Shown one piece after another: positions 32,294-38,621 of a stretch of 39,999 bases of DNA. A model generated the notes under the pieces. That model did not search any database, had not been told where the DNA came from, and saw only the letters and a list, made by a program, of their open reading frames with translations. The position numbers and the translations under genes were made by a program. Every line of letters starts with the position of its first letter. Position 1 is the stretch's first letter. The stretch comes from a virus: the IMG/VR virus record IMGVR_UViG_3300028909_000011, one strand, 5' to 3'.

Positions 32294-33094
32294 TTACGCT
32301 TGCTTCGACTCTTCCTCAGCCATCCGCCTCATATCAGCCAATGCATTTTCATTGTCGCAATAAAAATTCGGAAGGCGCTCAGTTTTCCATCGCTCCGTAT
32401 CGCTTGCCATGTAGATTGCCATCGCAGCGGCTGGAGTGCCTATTTTATCCTCAAGTGCTTTGCCGGCTTCTCCAGCGATGGTTATAACCCATCCGGCGCG
32501 ACAATGTGTGGTTCCGCAATGCCACGAACCCATGTTCAGCGCGCCAGGAGCAGACGCCGCAGCGTAGATAACCTGATGAATATTTGGTACTGAAGGGGCG
32601 CCCGCCAGGTTGGCGCCCGTCAGGTCGGCGCCCGCCAGGTCGGCGTACTTCAGGTCGGCGCCCGTCAGGTCGGCGTACTTCAGGTTGGCGCCCGCCAGGT
32701 TGGCGTACTTCAGGTTGGCGCCCGTCAGGTCGGCGTACTTCAGGTCGGCGCCCGTCAGGTCGGCGCCCGTCAGGTCGGCGCACTTCAGGTCGGCGTACTT
32801 CAGGTCGGCGCCCGTCAGGTCGGCGCCCGCCAGGTCGGCGCACTTCAGGTCGGCGTACTTCAGGTCGGCGCCCGCCAGGTCGGCGCCCGCCAGGTCGGCG
32901 TACTTCAGGTCGGCGCCCGTCAGGTCGGCGTACTTCAGGTCGGCGCCCGTCAGGTCGGCGCCCGTCAGGTCGGCGCCCGCCAGGTCGGCTTGTGCTTTCC
33001 GCGCCATATCCAACGTGATTTTCAGTGTGTTTTCTTCGCAATCATGCGAAAAAAGGACATTTCCGTTATAGCGATTTTTAATTTTGATTAGCAT
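32294..33094 (-). CDS. Pentapeptide-repeat protein with a conserved-looking Cys/His C-terminal domain
   Basis: 266 aa. 26 consecutive A(D/N)Lxx pentapeptides (ADLTG/ADLKY/ADLAG/ADLKC/ANLKY...). Followed by ...GSWHCGTTHCRAGWVITIAGEAG.... Confidence 0.9.
   Translation of the reverse strand: MLIKIKNRYNGNVLFSHDCEENTLKITLDMARKAQADLAGADLTGADLTGADLKYADLTGADLKYADLAGADLAGADLKYADLKCADLAGADLTGADLKYADLKCADLTGADLTGADLKYADLTGANLKYANLAGANLKYADLTGADLKYADLAGADLTGANLAGAPSVPNIHQVIYAAASAPGALNMGSWHCGTTHCRAGWVITIAGEAGKALEDKIGTPAAAMAIYMASDTERWKTERLPNFYCDNENALADMRRMAEEESKQA
32600..32989. repeat. Tandem 15-bp DNA repeat array (26 units) encoding the pentapeptide repeats
   Basis: Units such as caggtcggcgcccgt, caggtcggcgtactt, caggttggcgcccgc and caggtcggcgcactt follow head to tail without spacers. 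Confidence 0.9.
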
Positions 33095-33124
33095 TTTATT
33101 CCCCTTTAGTTATTAAAAATTGAA

Positions 33125-33349
33125 TTACGGGCAGCAATACGGACTGCCTCCGCAATAGTGTTCATAGCCTGCCATCGGTATTTCACTGATGTCGCAAAGG
33201 ATTTCTCTTCGCTCTCCGCAACAGCAGCACCGAGCCGTGAATGTGCCATCGTTCATTTCATCAACACCGTCTGGCAACATTACCTCTTCCTCGGCCACTT
33301 CCTGTTTCGGTGGCGAAAAATCAGAAAACCATTTCCCGAAGTCTTTCAT
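33125..33349 (-). CDS. Cys-rich small hypothetical protein
   Basis: 74 aa from ATG 33349 (GGAG 6 nt upstream); the ORF track extends to 33403. Contains ARCCCCGERREILC...YCGGSPYCCP. Confidence 0.5.
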   Translation of the reverse strand: MKDFGKWFSDFSPPKQEVAEEEVMLPDGVDEMNDGTFTARCCCCGERREILCDISEIPMAGYEHYCGGSPYCCP

Positions 33350-33498
33350 TTGAATCTCCATAAAATTGTTGGCCCCGGCGATGAATCCGGGATTTAGCAT
33401 CACTTGCGGCGCTTCTGTTTGCGGCTACCGGAACCACCCGGCGATTTGTGCACTTCACGGCAAGTTCTTTGCCCAGTCATCACCCTGCGTTACTACGC

Positions 33499-33575
33499 CA
33501 ACAAGATGAGACGCCCGGCTTACATTCCCTGCGCTATCAAAAGACGCGCTCTAATGCGGGTATCTCATCTTGTTG
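33499..33575. other. Strong inverted repeat (candidate RNA structure or protein-binding site) in the early-left operon
   Basis: CAACAAGATGAGA (33499-33511) is the perfect reverse complement of TCTCATCTTGTTG (33563-33575). After one mismatch and one wobble, 4 more bp pair (CCCG/CGGG). No U-tract follows on either strand. Confidence 0.6.
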
Positions 33576-33613
33576 ACTCTGGCATTCCACCAGATTCCGC
33601 ATTCACCGTGCGA

Positions 33614-33712
33614 TCAGTATCCCATCAGGAGGATGCGGAACAGATCGCGTGTGGCGACGGTAAGTTTTGCACCGCCGATGTCCAGCGTGACGTCTGCATT
33701 GGAAGTAGTCAT
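33614..33712 (-). CDS. Small hypothetical protein
   Basis: 32 aa: MTTSNADVTLDIGGAKLTVATRDLFRILLMGY. A strong SD AAGGAG lies 8 nt upstream of ATG 33712. Confidence 0.4.
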   Translation of the reverse strand: MTTSNADVTLDIGGAKLTVATRDLFRILLMGY

Positions 33713-33971
33713 TGCTTGAGACTCCTTAAATTGATAAATGATTAAATTGCTAATCTGCGGACAGCCCGGGCACGGAAACAACTGTCCTTGGGACCGCCGT
33801 ACTGGCTGCGCTGCTCTTTCCTACTGCAATTCAGTGTGGCTCTCTCTCCACTCGTCTCGCCCTTCGATTCATCCAGCGGTAGATTGCCAAATGGTCGTTT
33901 TAATCATCAGTCTCGCGCAGAGCGTTTGCACCTCATTACGGGGATGATTCCCGCGCACAGTTATCGGCCCC

Positions 33972-34154
33972 TCATGTGCGTGTACTGGATTCGATACAGC
34001 CGAAGTAGAACTGGTACTGCTGCAATTCTTTAGTCATCGGAACGAGCCTCAACTCCGATTCAAAAAGCATGTGATACAAAAACTCCCGTTCGATGATTTT
34101 CAGGCGCTCTTCAAACGACAGTTCGCGCTTTGGGTCAATACTTTCGTAGTTCAT
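33972..34154 (-). CDS. Hypothetical early protein
   Basis: 60 aa from ATG 34154 (ATGA overlap with the upstream gene). Confidence 0.5.
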   Translation of the reverse strand: MNYESIDPKRELSFEERLKIIEREFLYHMLFESELRLVPMTKELQQYQFYFGCIESSTRT

Positions 34155-34357
34155 TGCAGGCAAACAAACCGGTAATCAACCGTGCGGATCAACTCACTGC
34201 GATCACCGCAATGAATATATTCCATATACGCATTGGCGAGGATGATGATTACTCGATGTGTGGCGAAGACTTGGCGGATCATTTTGTTCTCCCGTTTGTT
34301 TGCTGCGATGACTGAATCATAGAATTCCGTGCCATGCTTGTCAACAACTATTTTCAA
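34151..34357 (-). CDS. First gene of the early-left operon, hypothetical
   Basis: 68 aa if the TTG at 34357 is used. The next in-frame ATG is 25 codons in, so the start is uncertain. Confidence 0.4.
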   Translation of the reverse strand: MKIVVDKHGTEFYDSVIAANKRENKMIRQVFATHRVIIILANAYMEYIHCGDRSELIRTVDYRFVCLQ

Positions 34358-34372
34358 ACTTTATTCTGAATA

Positions 34373-34401
34373 TTGACATCAGTGGCAAATTGTCGTATCT
34401 T
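34373..34401 (+). promoter_or_regulatory. Rightward early promoter (PR-like)
   Basis: TTGACA (34373-34378), a 17-nt spacer, then TATCTT (34396-34401). It lies in the 65-nt divergent gap, followed by AGGAG and ATG 34423. Confidence 0.55.
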
Positions 34402-34422
34402 TCAGTCAAAGGAGATTTTGAA

Positions 34423-34602
34423 ATGGATGAACGACTCACATTTGTGATCGCGCAGCTCAATAAGAGGAATGTCAACCTGCAAGTGGTGGCAGACATGACC
34501 TCGCTGAGCCGCCGCACACTGTATCGAATTGCGCAGAAAACCAACAGCCCGACCGTGGATACTCTGGATCGGCTCTATAAGTATTTCAACAAGGGGAAAT
34601 GA
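34423..34602 (+). CDS. Cro-like HTH regulator
   Basis: 59 aa from ATG 34423. ...VVADMTSLSRRTLYRIAQKTNSPTVDTLDRLYKYF is an HTH. It is the first gene of the rightward operon. Confidence 0.6.
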   Translation: MDERLTFVIAQLNKRNVNLQVVADMTSLSRRTLYRIAQKTNSPTVDTLDRLYKYFNKGK

Positions 34603-35180
34603 TGACAACGAACAAAAAGAAGTTTGCCGATGCGTGGCAAATAATCGATGGTCGGGATGCCGCATCCATAGCCGATAGATTTCCCAATGGGCTGCCACCG
34701 CAGTTTTTTCGTGTTGGAAAATTTAGCGCGGATGCTATTAATGTGACCGGCGCCCGTCGGGGCTATCCTGGATATAGAAAAGGCGGCGCGGATAAGGTCC
34801 TCAATGCTGATGTCGATGCCGTTATGCGACTTCTGGAAAATTGGCACATTCCAACTGAGGGCGAAACTTTCATTTCATACCAAGAGGATCGCCCATACGG
34901 AAGAATCTCTGGCGCCGAATGCCTGCTAAAGATAAACGCTGGCAAAGATTTGGCTTGGACCGTCGAGCAATTGCAGCCTGAAATAGACCGGCGCAAAGAG
35001 CTTTACGAGCCACGCGAAGGGAATGCGCCATGTGCATATTGCGGGAAGCAGAATCCTCCTAAAAATATGATTGAGGGAGTTGTGATTTACCGGATGCAGA
35101 AAGGCATCGGTCGAAAGACCGGCATGTACTGCAAAGACAAACCATGCGCCACGCATGACCAAATGGGCCACGAAGGGTAA
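34599..35180 (+). CDS. Hypothetical early protein with a C-terminal Cys/His cluster
   Basis: 193 aa. CAYCGK...CKDKPCATHDQMGHEG. Confidence 0.6.
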   Translation: MMTTNKKKFADAWQIIDGRDAASIADRFPNGLPPQFFRVGKFSADAINVTGARRGYPGYRKGGADKVLNADVDAVMRLLENWHIPTEGETFISYQEDRPYGRISGAECLLKINAGKDLAWTVEQLQPEIDRRKELYEPREGNAPCAYCGKQNPPKNMIEGVVIYRMQKGIGRKTGMYCKDKPCATHDQMGHEG

Positions 35181-35182
35181 TT

Positions 35183-35620
35183 ATGAATCTCGATAGCGAA
35201 CGGCAGGCGTTTGAGAAGTGGTACGTGGAAAAGAAGGGATCAAACGATGACCCTCTTGATGTCATTTTTGCGTATGACGACGATTCGGGAGAATACTGTC
35301 GGCTGGCCGTGCATAGCTCATGGGAATCATGGCAAGCACGCGCCGCGCTCCAAGCTCCGCAAGAGCCGGTCTTACATGTGAACAAAGATGATCTTGCGGC
35401 CCTATCTGTCCGTGGGTTTCTTCGGTCTGCGAATGATTGCGCAACACCATATTTTGATGTGCCATTATTCGCCAACCCACCATCCCCGACTCCGCTGACA
35501 GACAAGCAGATAGCCTGCGTTCTGGAGTCAATAGCTGACGATGATCTAATCGTGTTATGCCCAAAAACAATCATTGATGCTGGTCGCTTGCTCATCGCCA
35601 AATTGCGAGGCCAGCCATGA
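35183..35620 (+). CDS. Hypothetical protein
   Basis: 145 aa. An N-terminal ERQAFEKWY...SWESWQARAA motif, seen in many small phage early proteins. Confidence 0.6.
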   Translation: MNLDSERQAFEKWYVEKKGSNDDPLDVIFAYDDDSGEYCRLAVHSSWESWQARAALQAPQEPVLHVNKDDLAALSVRGFLRSANDCATPYFDVPLFANPPSPTPLTDKQIACVLESIADDDLIVLCPKTIIDAGRLLIAKLRGQP

Positions 35621-35712
35621 CCGCCGATACCGCTGTATTCAGAATGGTCCTCGGTGTGATTTTCATGGTCATAGCTATTGCCTGGTGGTGTAGGAGTGAT
35701 TGCGATGACTGA
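35617..35712 (+). CDS. Small TM hypothetical protein
   Basis: 31 aa: MTADTAVFRMVLGVIFMVIAIAWWCRSDCDD. ATGA overlap upstream, and it overlaps the NinB start. Confidence 0.35.
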   Translation: MTADTAVFRMVLGVIFMVIAIAWWCRSDCDD

Positions 35713-36190
35713 GCGCCAGAAATTCGCAGAGCGGAAAATCATCCTGAGCGGCGCATTGCAGGTAGATACTGCGCTGGCTATGGTGCGTAACGCGCCGGTC
35801 TATGCTGAAGATTCCCTGGAGCTTGTTTTACGCGAACAGAAGAAAACTCGCGGCCTTTCAGCCAATGCGAAAATGTGGGTCGGGCCGCTTGCCGATATTG
35901 CCGAGCAAGGTTGGGTTGACGGCAAGCGATTCAGTGCCGAGGTATGGGCCGAGTTTTTCAAGAAGCATAATCTGCCTGATCCGGATGCCGATGACTTCGA
36001 CCTGACGCACGTAAAAGACGGCTACATTAAGTGGGATTATACGCCCGATGGCGAGCGAGTTTTGGTCGGCAGCACCACGCAACTGACCATCAAAGGCTTC
36101 TCGGTGTATCTGGAAAAAATGCATGCGGATGGCGCGAATATTGGCGTACAGTTTTCTGCTAACCCTAACGAACAGAGGATGATGAGATGA
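35705..36190 (+). CDS. ninB: NinB/Orf-family recombination protein
   Basis: 161 aa from ATG 35705 (AGGAG 8 nt upstream). ...LELVLREQKKTRGLSANAKMWVGPLADIAEQ...GSTTQLTIKGFSVYLE parallels lambda NinB (...IQERNRSLDQNRKLWACLGDVS...GQSTSRMRVGEFAELLE). Confidence 0.7.
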   Translation: MTERQKFAERKIILSGALQVDTALAMVRNAPVYAEDSLELVLREQKKTRGLSANAKMWVGPLADIAEQGWVDGKRFSAEVWAEFFKKHNLPDPDADDFDLTHVKDGYIKWDYTPDGERVLVGSTTQLTIKGFSVYLEKMHADGANIGVQFSANPNEQRMMR

Positions 36191-36399
36191 AAACAGGGAA
36201 TTCTTACGACTTATCAGACAAGGAAATTGAGACTCTAAACTGGGTTTCGCATGGAAAAAGTTACGAGCAGGTTGGGGAAATTTTACACGTCACACATGCT
36301 GCGATACATACTCGGATGGTGCGTATTTCTGAGAAATTGGGAACTAGCAATCGAACTGGATGCGTGGCTAAAGCGCTGCGCGAGGGGATTTTGAAATGA
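36187..36399 (+). CDS. LuxR/GerE-type HTH transcriptional regulator
   Basis: 70 aa. LSDKEIETLNWVSHGKSYEQVGEILHVTHAAIHTRMVRISEKLGTSNRTGCVAKALREGIL is a canonical GerE domain. Confidence 0.75.
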   Translation: MKTGNSYDLSDKEIETLNWVSHGKSYEQVGEILHVTHAAIHTRMVRISEKLGTSNRTGCVAKALREGILK

Positions 36400-36701
36400 A
36401 AACAGTCGCATGGTTAGTCGATCAATATGATCGGAAAGATAGATTGCATCAGTCCGTCCATCTCTCGCCATTGGACGACAGCATTACCTTAGACGAAGGT
36501 GATGAGGCGTGGGCGCTCTGCAAAAGCGCGGACATAACTGCCATCATTGCGGCGACGATTGAGAAATGCGCTGTGATCGCCGAAAGCAAATGTGTCTGCG
36601 ATTCAGAAGGTGAGCAAGACGCAGTTGATTTTGTTGCCAGGAACAAGTCGCAACGAATTCGCGCCCTCGATCCCGCAGCCATCCTGGCTGGCATCAAATG
36701 A
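36396..36701 (+). CDS. Hypothetical protein
   Basis: 101 aa. ATGA-coupled on both sides. Confidence 0.6.
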   Translation: MKTVAWLVDQYDRKDRLHQSVHLSPLDDSITLDEGDEAWALCKSADITAIIAATIEKCAVIAESKCVCDSEGEQDAVDFVARNKSQRIRALDPAAILAGIK

Positions 36702-37306
36702 CCACCAGCAAGCCCCTATCAGCAAAGCCCAGCAAGCCGAAGGGCCGTAAATGCGCAAATTGCAAAACGCCATTCCCAATTTTCAATAGTATGAGCAAGG
36801 TTAAATGGTGTTCGCCTGAGTGTGGCCTGATTTTATCTCAGGTGGCGCTCGGAAAAATAACAGCGGTTAAGGCTAAGGCTGAGCGGGCGGATATCAAGGC
36901 GCGCAAGGATATGCGCAAGACGCGCAACGAATGGATTGCAGAGGTCCAAGTCGTATTTAACCTGTTTATCAGGACTCGGGATATCAAAGCTGGTCACGGA
37001 TGCATCGATTGCGGAAAGCCGTTTGAGCCACAGAAGCCGGGAGGATCTATTGACGCCGGCCATTATCTAAGTCGTGGGAGCGCGCCTCATTTGAAATTTG
37101 AGGAAAATAATTGTTTTGCCCAGCGCAAGAACTGCAATAGACCTGGCGGCACGACCCGGGAAGCATTCAGGGAAGGCGTAAAGGCCCGTATCGGCCTTGA
37201 GGCGCTAGAGGCATTGGAATCCGATCAGACATCAAGGGACTGGACGATTGATGACCTGCGAGCGCTCAAAGCGCTTTATCAGGCCAAGATTAAAGCATTG
37301 AAGTAG
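36698..37306 (+). CDS. ninG: NinG/Rap-family recombination endonuclease
   Basis: 202 aa. CANCKTPF...WCSPECG...FIRTRD...CIDCG...DAGHYLSRG...ENNCFAQRKNCN matches the NinG pattern. Confidence 0.75.
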   Translation: MTTSKPLSAKPSKPKGRKCANCKTPFPIFNSMSKVKWCSPECGLILSQVALGKITAVKAKAERADIKARKDMRKTRNEWIAEVQVVFNLFIRTRDIKAGHGCIDCGKPFEPQKPGGSIDAGHYLSRGSAPHLKFEENNCFAQRKNCNRPGGTTREAFREGVKARIGLEALEALESDQTSRDWTIDDLRALKALYQAKIKALK

Positions 37307-37348
37307 CACTGGACGTCACCCCATTGGTGGCAATAACGAAAGGGTAGG

Positions 37349-37852
37349 ATGAAACAATATATCGGAACAAAAATCGTCAACATGGAGCCGATGACGCGCG
37401 CGGAATACAATATTTTCCGTGGCTGGCAATTGCCGCCTGACGAGAACGGCAATGATGCCGGCTACCTGGTCGAATACACGGACGGCGGCAAGCCAAATAC
37501 TGCGCACTATGCCGGGTATGTCTCCTGGTCGCCGAAAGAACAGGCAGACGCAGCCTATCAAGAAACATCCGGCCTGACATTCGGCCTCGCACTCGCAGCG
37601 CTAAAGAAAGGCATGCGAGTTGCGCGGGATGGCTGGAACGGCAAAGGAATGTGGCTTTGCTTATCACCAGGCCGCGAGAGCTTTTCGGCAGTTGATTTCT
37701 GGGCGCCAGCGAACCGTGATTTCGCGCTCGGGCAAGGTGGCAGCGCAAAAGTTCTTCCGTCAATCACCATGAAGACTGCTACCGGCGAAATCCTGATGGG
37801 CTGGCTTGCATCGCAGACCGACATGCTGGCCGAAGACTGGAAAATCGTTTAA
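37349..37852 (+). CDS. DUF2829 (Tad2-like) domain protein with an N-terminal extra domain
   Basis: 167 aa. The C-terminal half, FGLALAALKKGMRVARDGWNGKGMWL...PSITMKTATGEILMGWLASQTDMLAEDWKIV, fits the DUF2829 signature. The N-terminal MKQYIGTKIVNMEPMTRAEYNIFRGWQLP... is a recurring phage domain. Confidence 0.7.
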   Translation: MKQYIGTKIVNMEPMTRAEYNIFRGWQLPPDENGNDAGYLVEYTDGGKPNTAHYAGYVSWSPKEQADAAYQETSGLTFGLALAALKKGMRVARDGWNGKGMWLCLSPGRESFSAVDFWAPANRDFALGQGGSAKVLPSITMKTATGEILMGWLASQTDMLAEDWKIV

Positions 37853-37885
37853 CCGGCCGCTTGCGGCTATCTACCAAGGAAAATT

Positions 37886-38089
37886 ATGACTACTACCGTA
37901 ATTATCAGAAGTCCGTATCCGAACCATCAAGATGTTCTGGTCGAGATCTGCGGCGCAATGGACCAAGATGGAGTTCGGCCATTGCAAAGCTTTATCCGGT
38001 TGAAGGAGGGCGAAGAAACGCGCCAATATGTGCATTCTGGTTCATTCCTTGGTATCTCTGAAATACCAAGGGAGCCAGCAACAGAATAG
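37886..38089 (+). CDS. Hypothetical protein
   Basis: 67 aa. SD AAGGAAAA upstream. Last gene before the terminator. Confidence 0.5.
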   Translation: MTTTVIIRSPYPNHQDVLVEICGAMDQDGVRPLQSFIRLKEGEETRQYVHSGSFLGISEIPREPATE

Positions 38090-38163
38090 CGCCCGTACAT
38101 GCCAGCTATTGACGCCCGGACATTAGACGGTTATGAACTTTATTTAGACGCTGGTGAGACGCG

Positions 38164-38177
38164 AAACACATGTGTTT
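38164..38177. promoter_or_regulatory. Perfect 14-bp palindrome (candidate operator)
   Basis: AAACACATGTGTTT equals its own reverse complement. It lies in the 280-nt non-coding gap. Confidence 0.45.
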
Positions 38178-38205
38178 GCTGAATTGCCTAAATTTTAATC
38201 ACACC

Positions 38206-38231
38206 AAGCCGCGTAACTGCGGCTTTTCTTT
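38206..38231 (+). terminator. Rho-independent terminator ending the nin-like early-right block
   Basis: AAGCCGC-gtaact-GCGGCTT (7 bp) followed by TTCTTT. Confidence 0.65.
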
Positions 38232-38316
38232 ACCCGCACCGCTTCCCGCCAGATTTGTAGCATAGATTCGACCGTTGTTTTAAATTTAAATCTTTCCGAA
38301 AAGTGCATGAATATGC

Positions 38317-38345
38317 TTGCTCTGTAGAAAAAGAATTCGTAAACT
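38317..38345 (+). promoter_or_regulatory. Candidate promoter of the replication module
   Basis: TTGCTC (38317-38322), a 17-nt spacer, then TAAACT (38340-38345). A TATAGT lies immediately downstream. The region is AT-rich. Confidence 0.35.
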
Positions 38346-38369
38346 ATAGTCTCATCAATAAGGGATAAT

Positions 38370-38621
38370 ATGAACAAAAATCAATCACACTCGCAGTTCT
38401 CCCAATGGCTCCAAAGCGAGCATGGTCGATCTGCATCCATCTACAAAAACTCTAAAATCCTCAATGCCGTCTTGGTTAGCAAATACAAGACCGGCAACCT
38501 GCAAATCACGCTCGAAAGCGCTATCGAGATCGAGCGCCAGACAGCCGGCGAGTTCCGTGCAGAATCACTCTGCCCAAAACATGCCGAACTCATCAACTAT
38601 TTGCGTGGTACGGCATCGTAA
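38370..38621 (+). CDS. YdaS/Cro-family HTH protein
   Basis: 83 aa. ...GRSASIYKNSKILNAVLVSKYKTGNLQITLESAIEIERQTAGEFRAESLCP follows the YdaS-like pattern (...VS.W..G...P...A..IE..T.G.V....L.P). Confidence 0.5.
   Translation: MNKNQSHSQFSQWLQSEHGRSASIYKNSKILNAVLVSKYKTGNLQITLESAIEIERQTAGEFRAESLCPKHAELINYLRGTAS

Noticed and set aside
32600-32989. Possible CRISPR-like or satellite array, because of the regular short repeats.
   Set aside because: The period is 15 bp with no spacers. The array is in frame with, and entirely inside, a pentapeptide-repeat CDS.
32451-33071. Three long alternative-frame ORFs over the repeat array (RRP/GRRP-rich 196 aa on minus; 144 aa and 153 aa on plus).
   Set aside because: They are frame shadows of the 15-bp tandem repeat. 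Only the ADLxx frame has a proper non-repetitive N- and C-terminal domain and fits the operon spacing.
33403-33481. A 26-codon basic peptide ORF (MTGQRTCREVHKSPGGSGSRKQKRRK) coupled by TGATG to the next reading frame.
   Set aside because: It is too short and low-complexity to support. The downstream gene more likely starts at the SD-preceded ATG at 33349, which removes the coupling argument.
33404-33712. Stop-codon read-through or selenocysteine at TGA 33614-33616. The same frame stays open apart from one TGA and one TAG for 85 codons.
   Set aside because: An in-frame TAG follows 21 codons later. No convincing SECIS-like hairpin lies at the right distance. TGA and TAG are used as ordinary stops by many well-supported genes here.
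35059-35742. A 227-aa minus-strand ORF. Similar antisense ORFs include 8761-9180, 21919-22503, 38597-39184 and 14269-14748.
   Set aside because: All lie opposite genes with clear homology or coupling and are Arg/Ser/Cys-rich shadow frames. None has an SD or family motifs.
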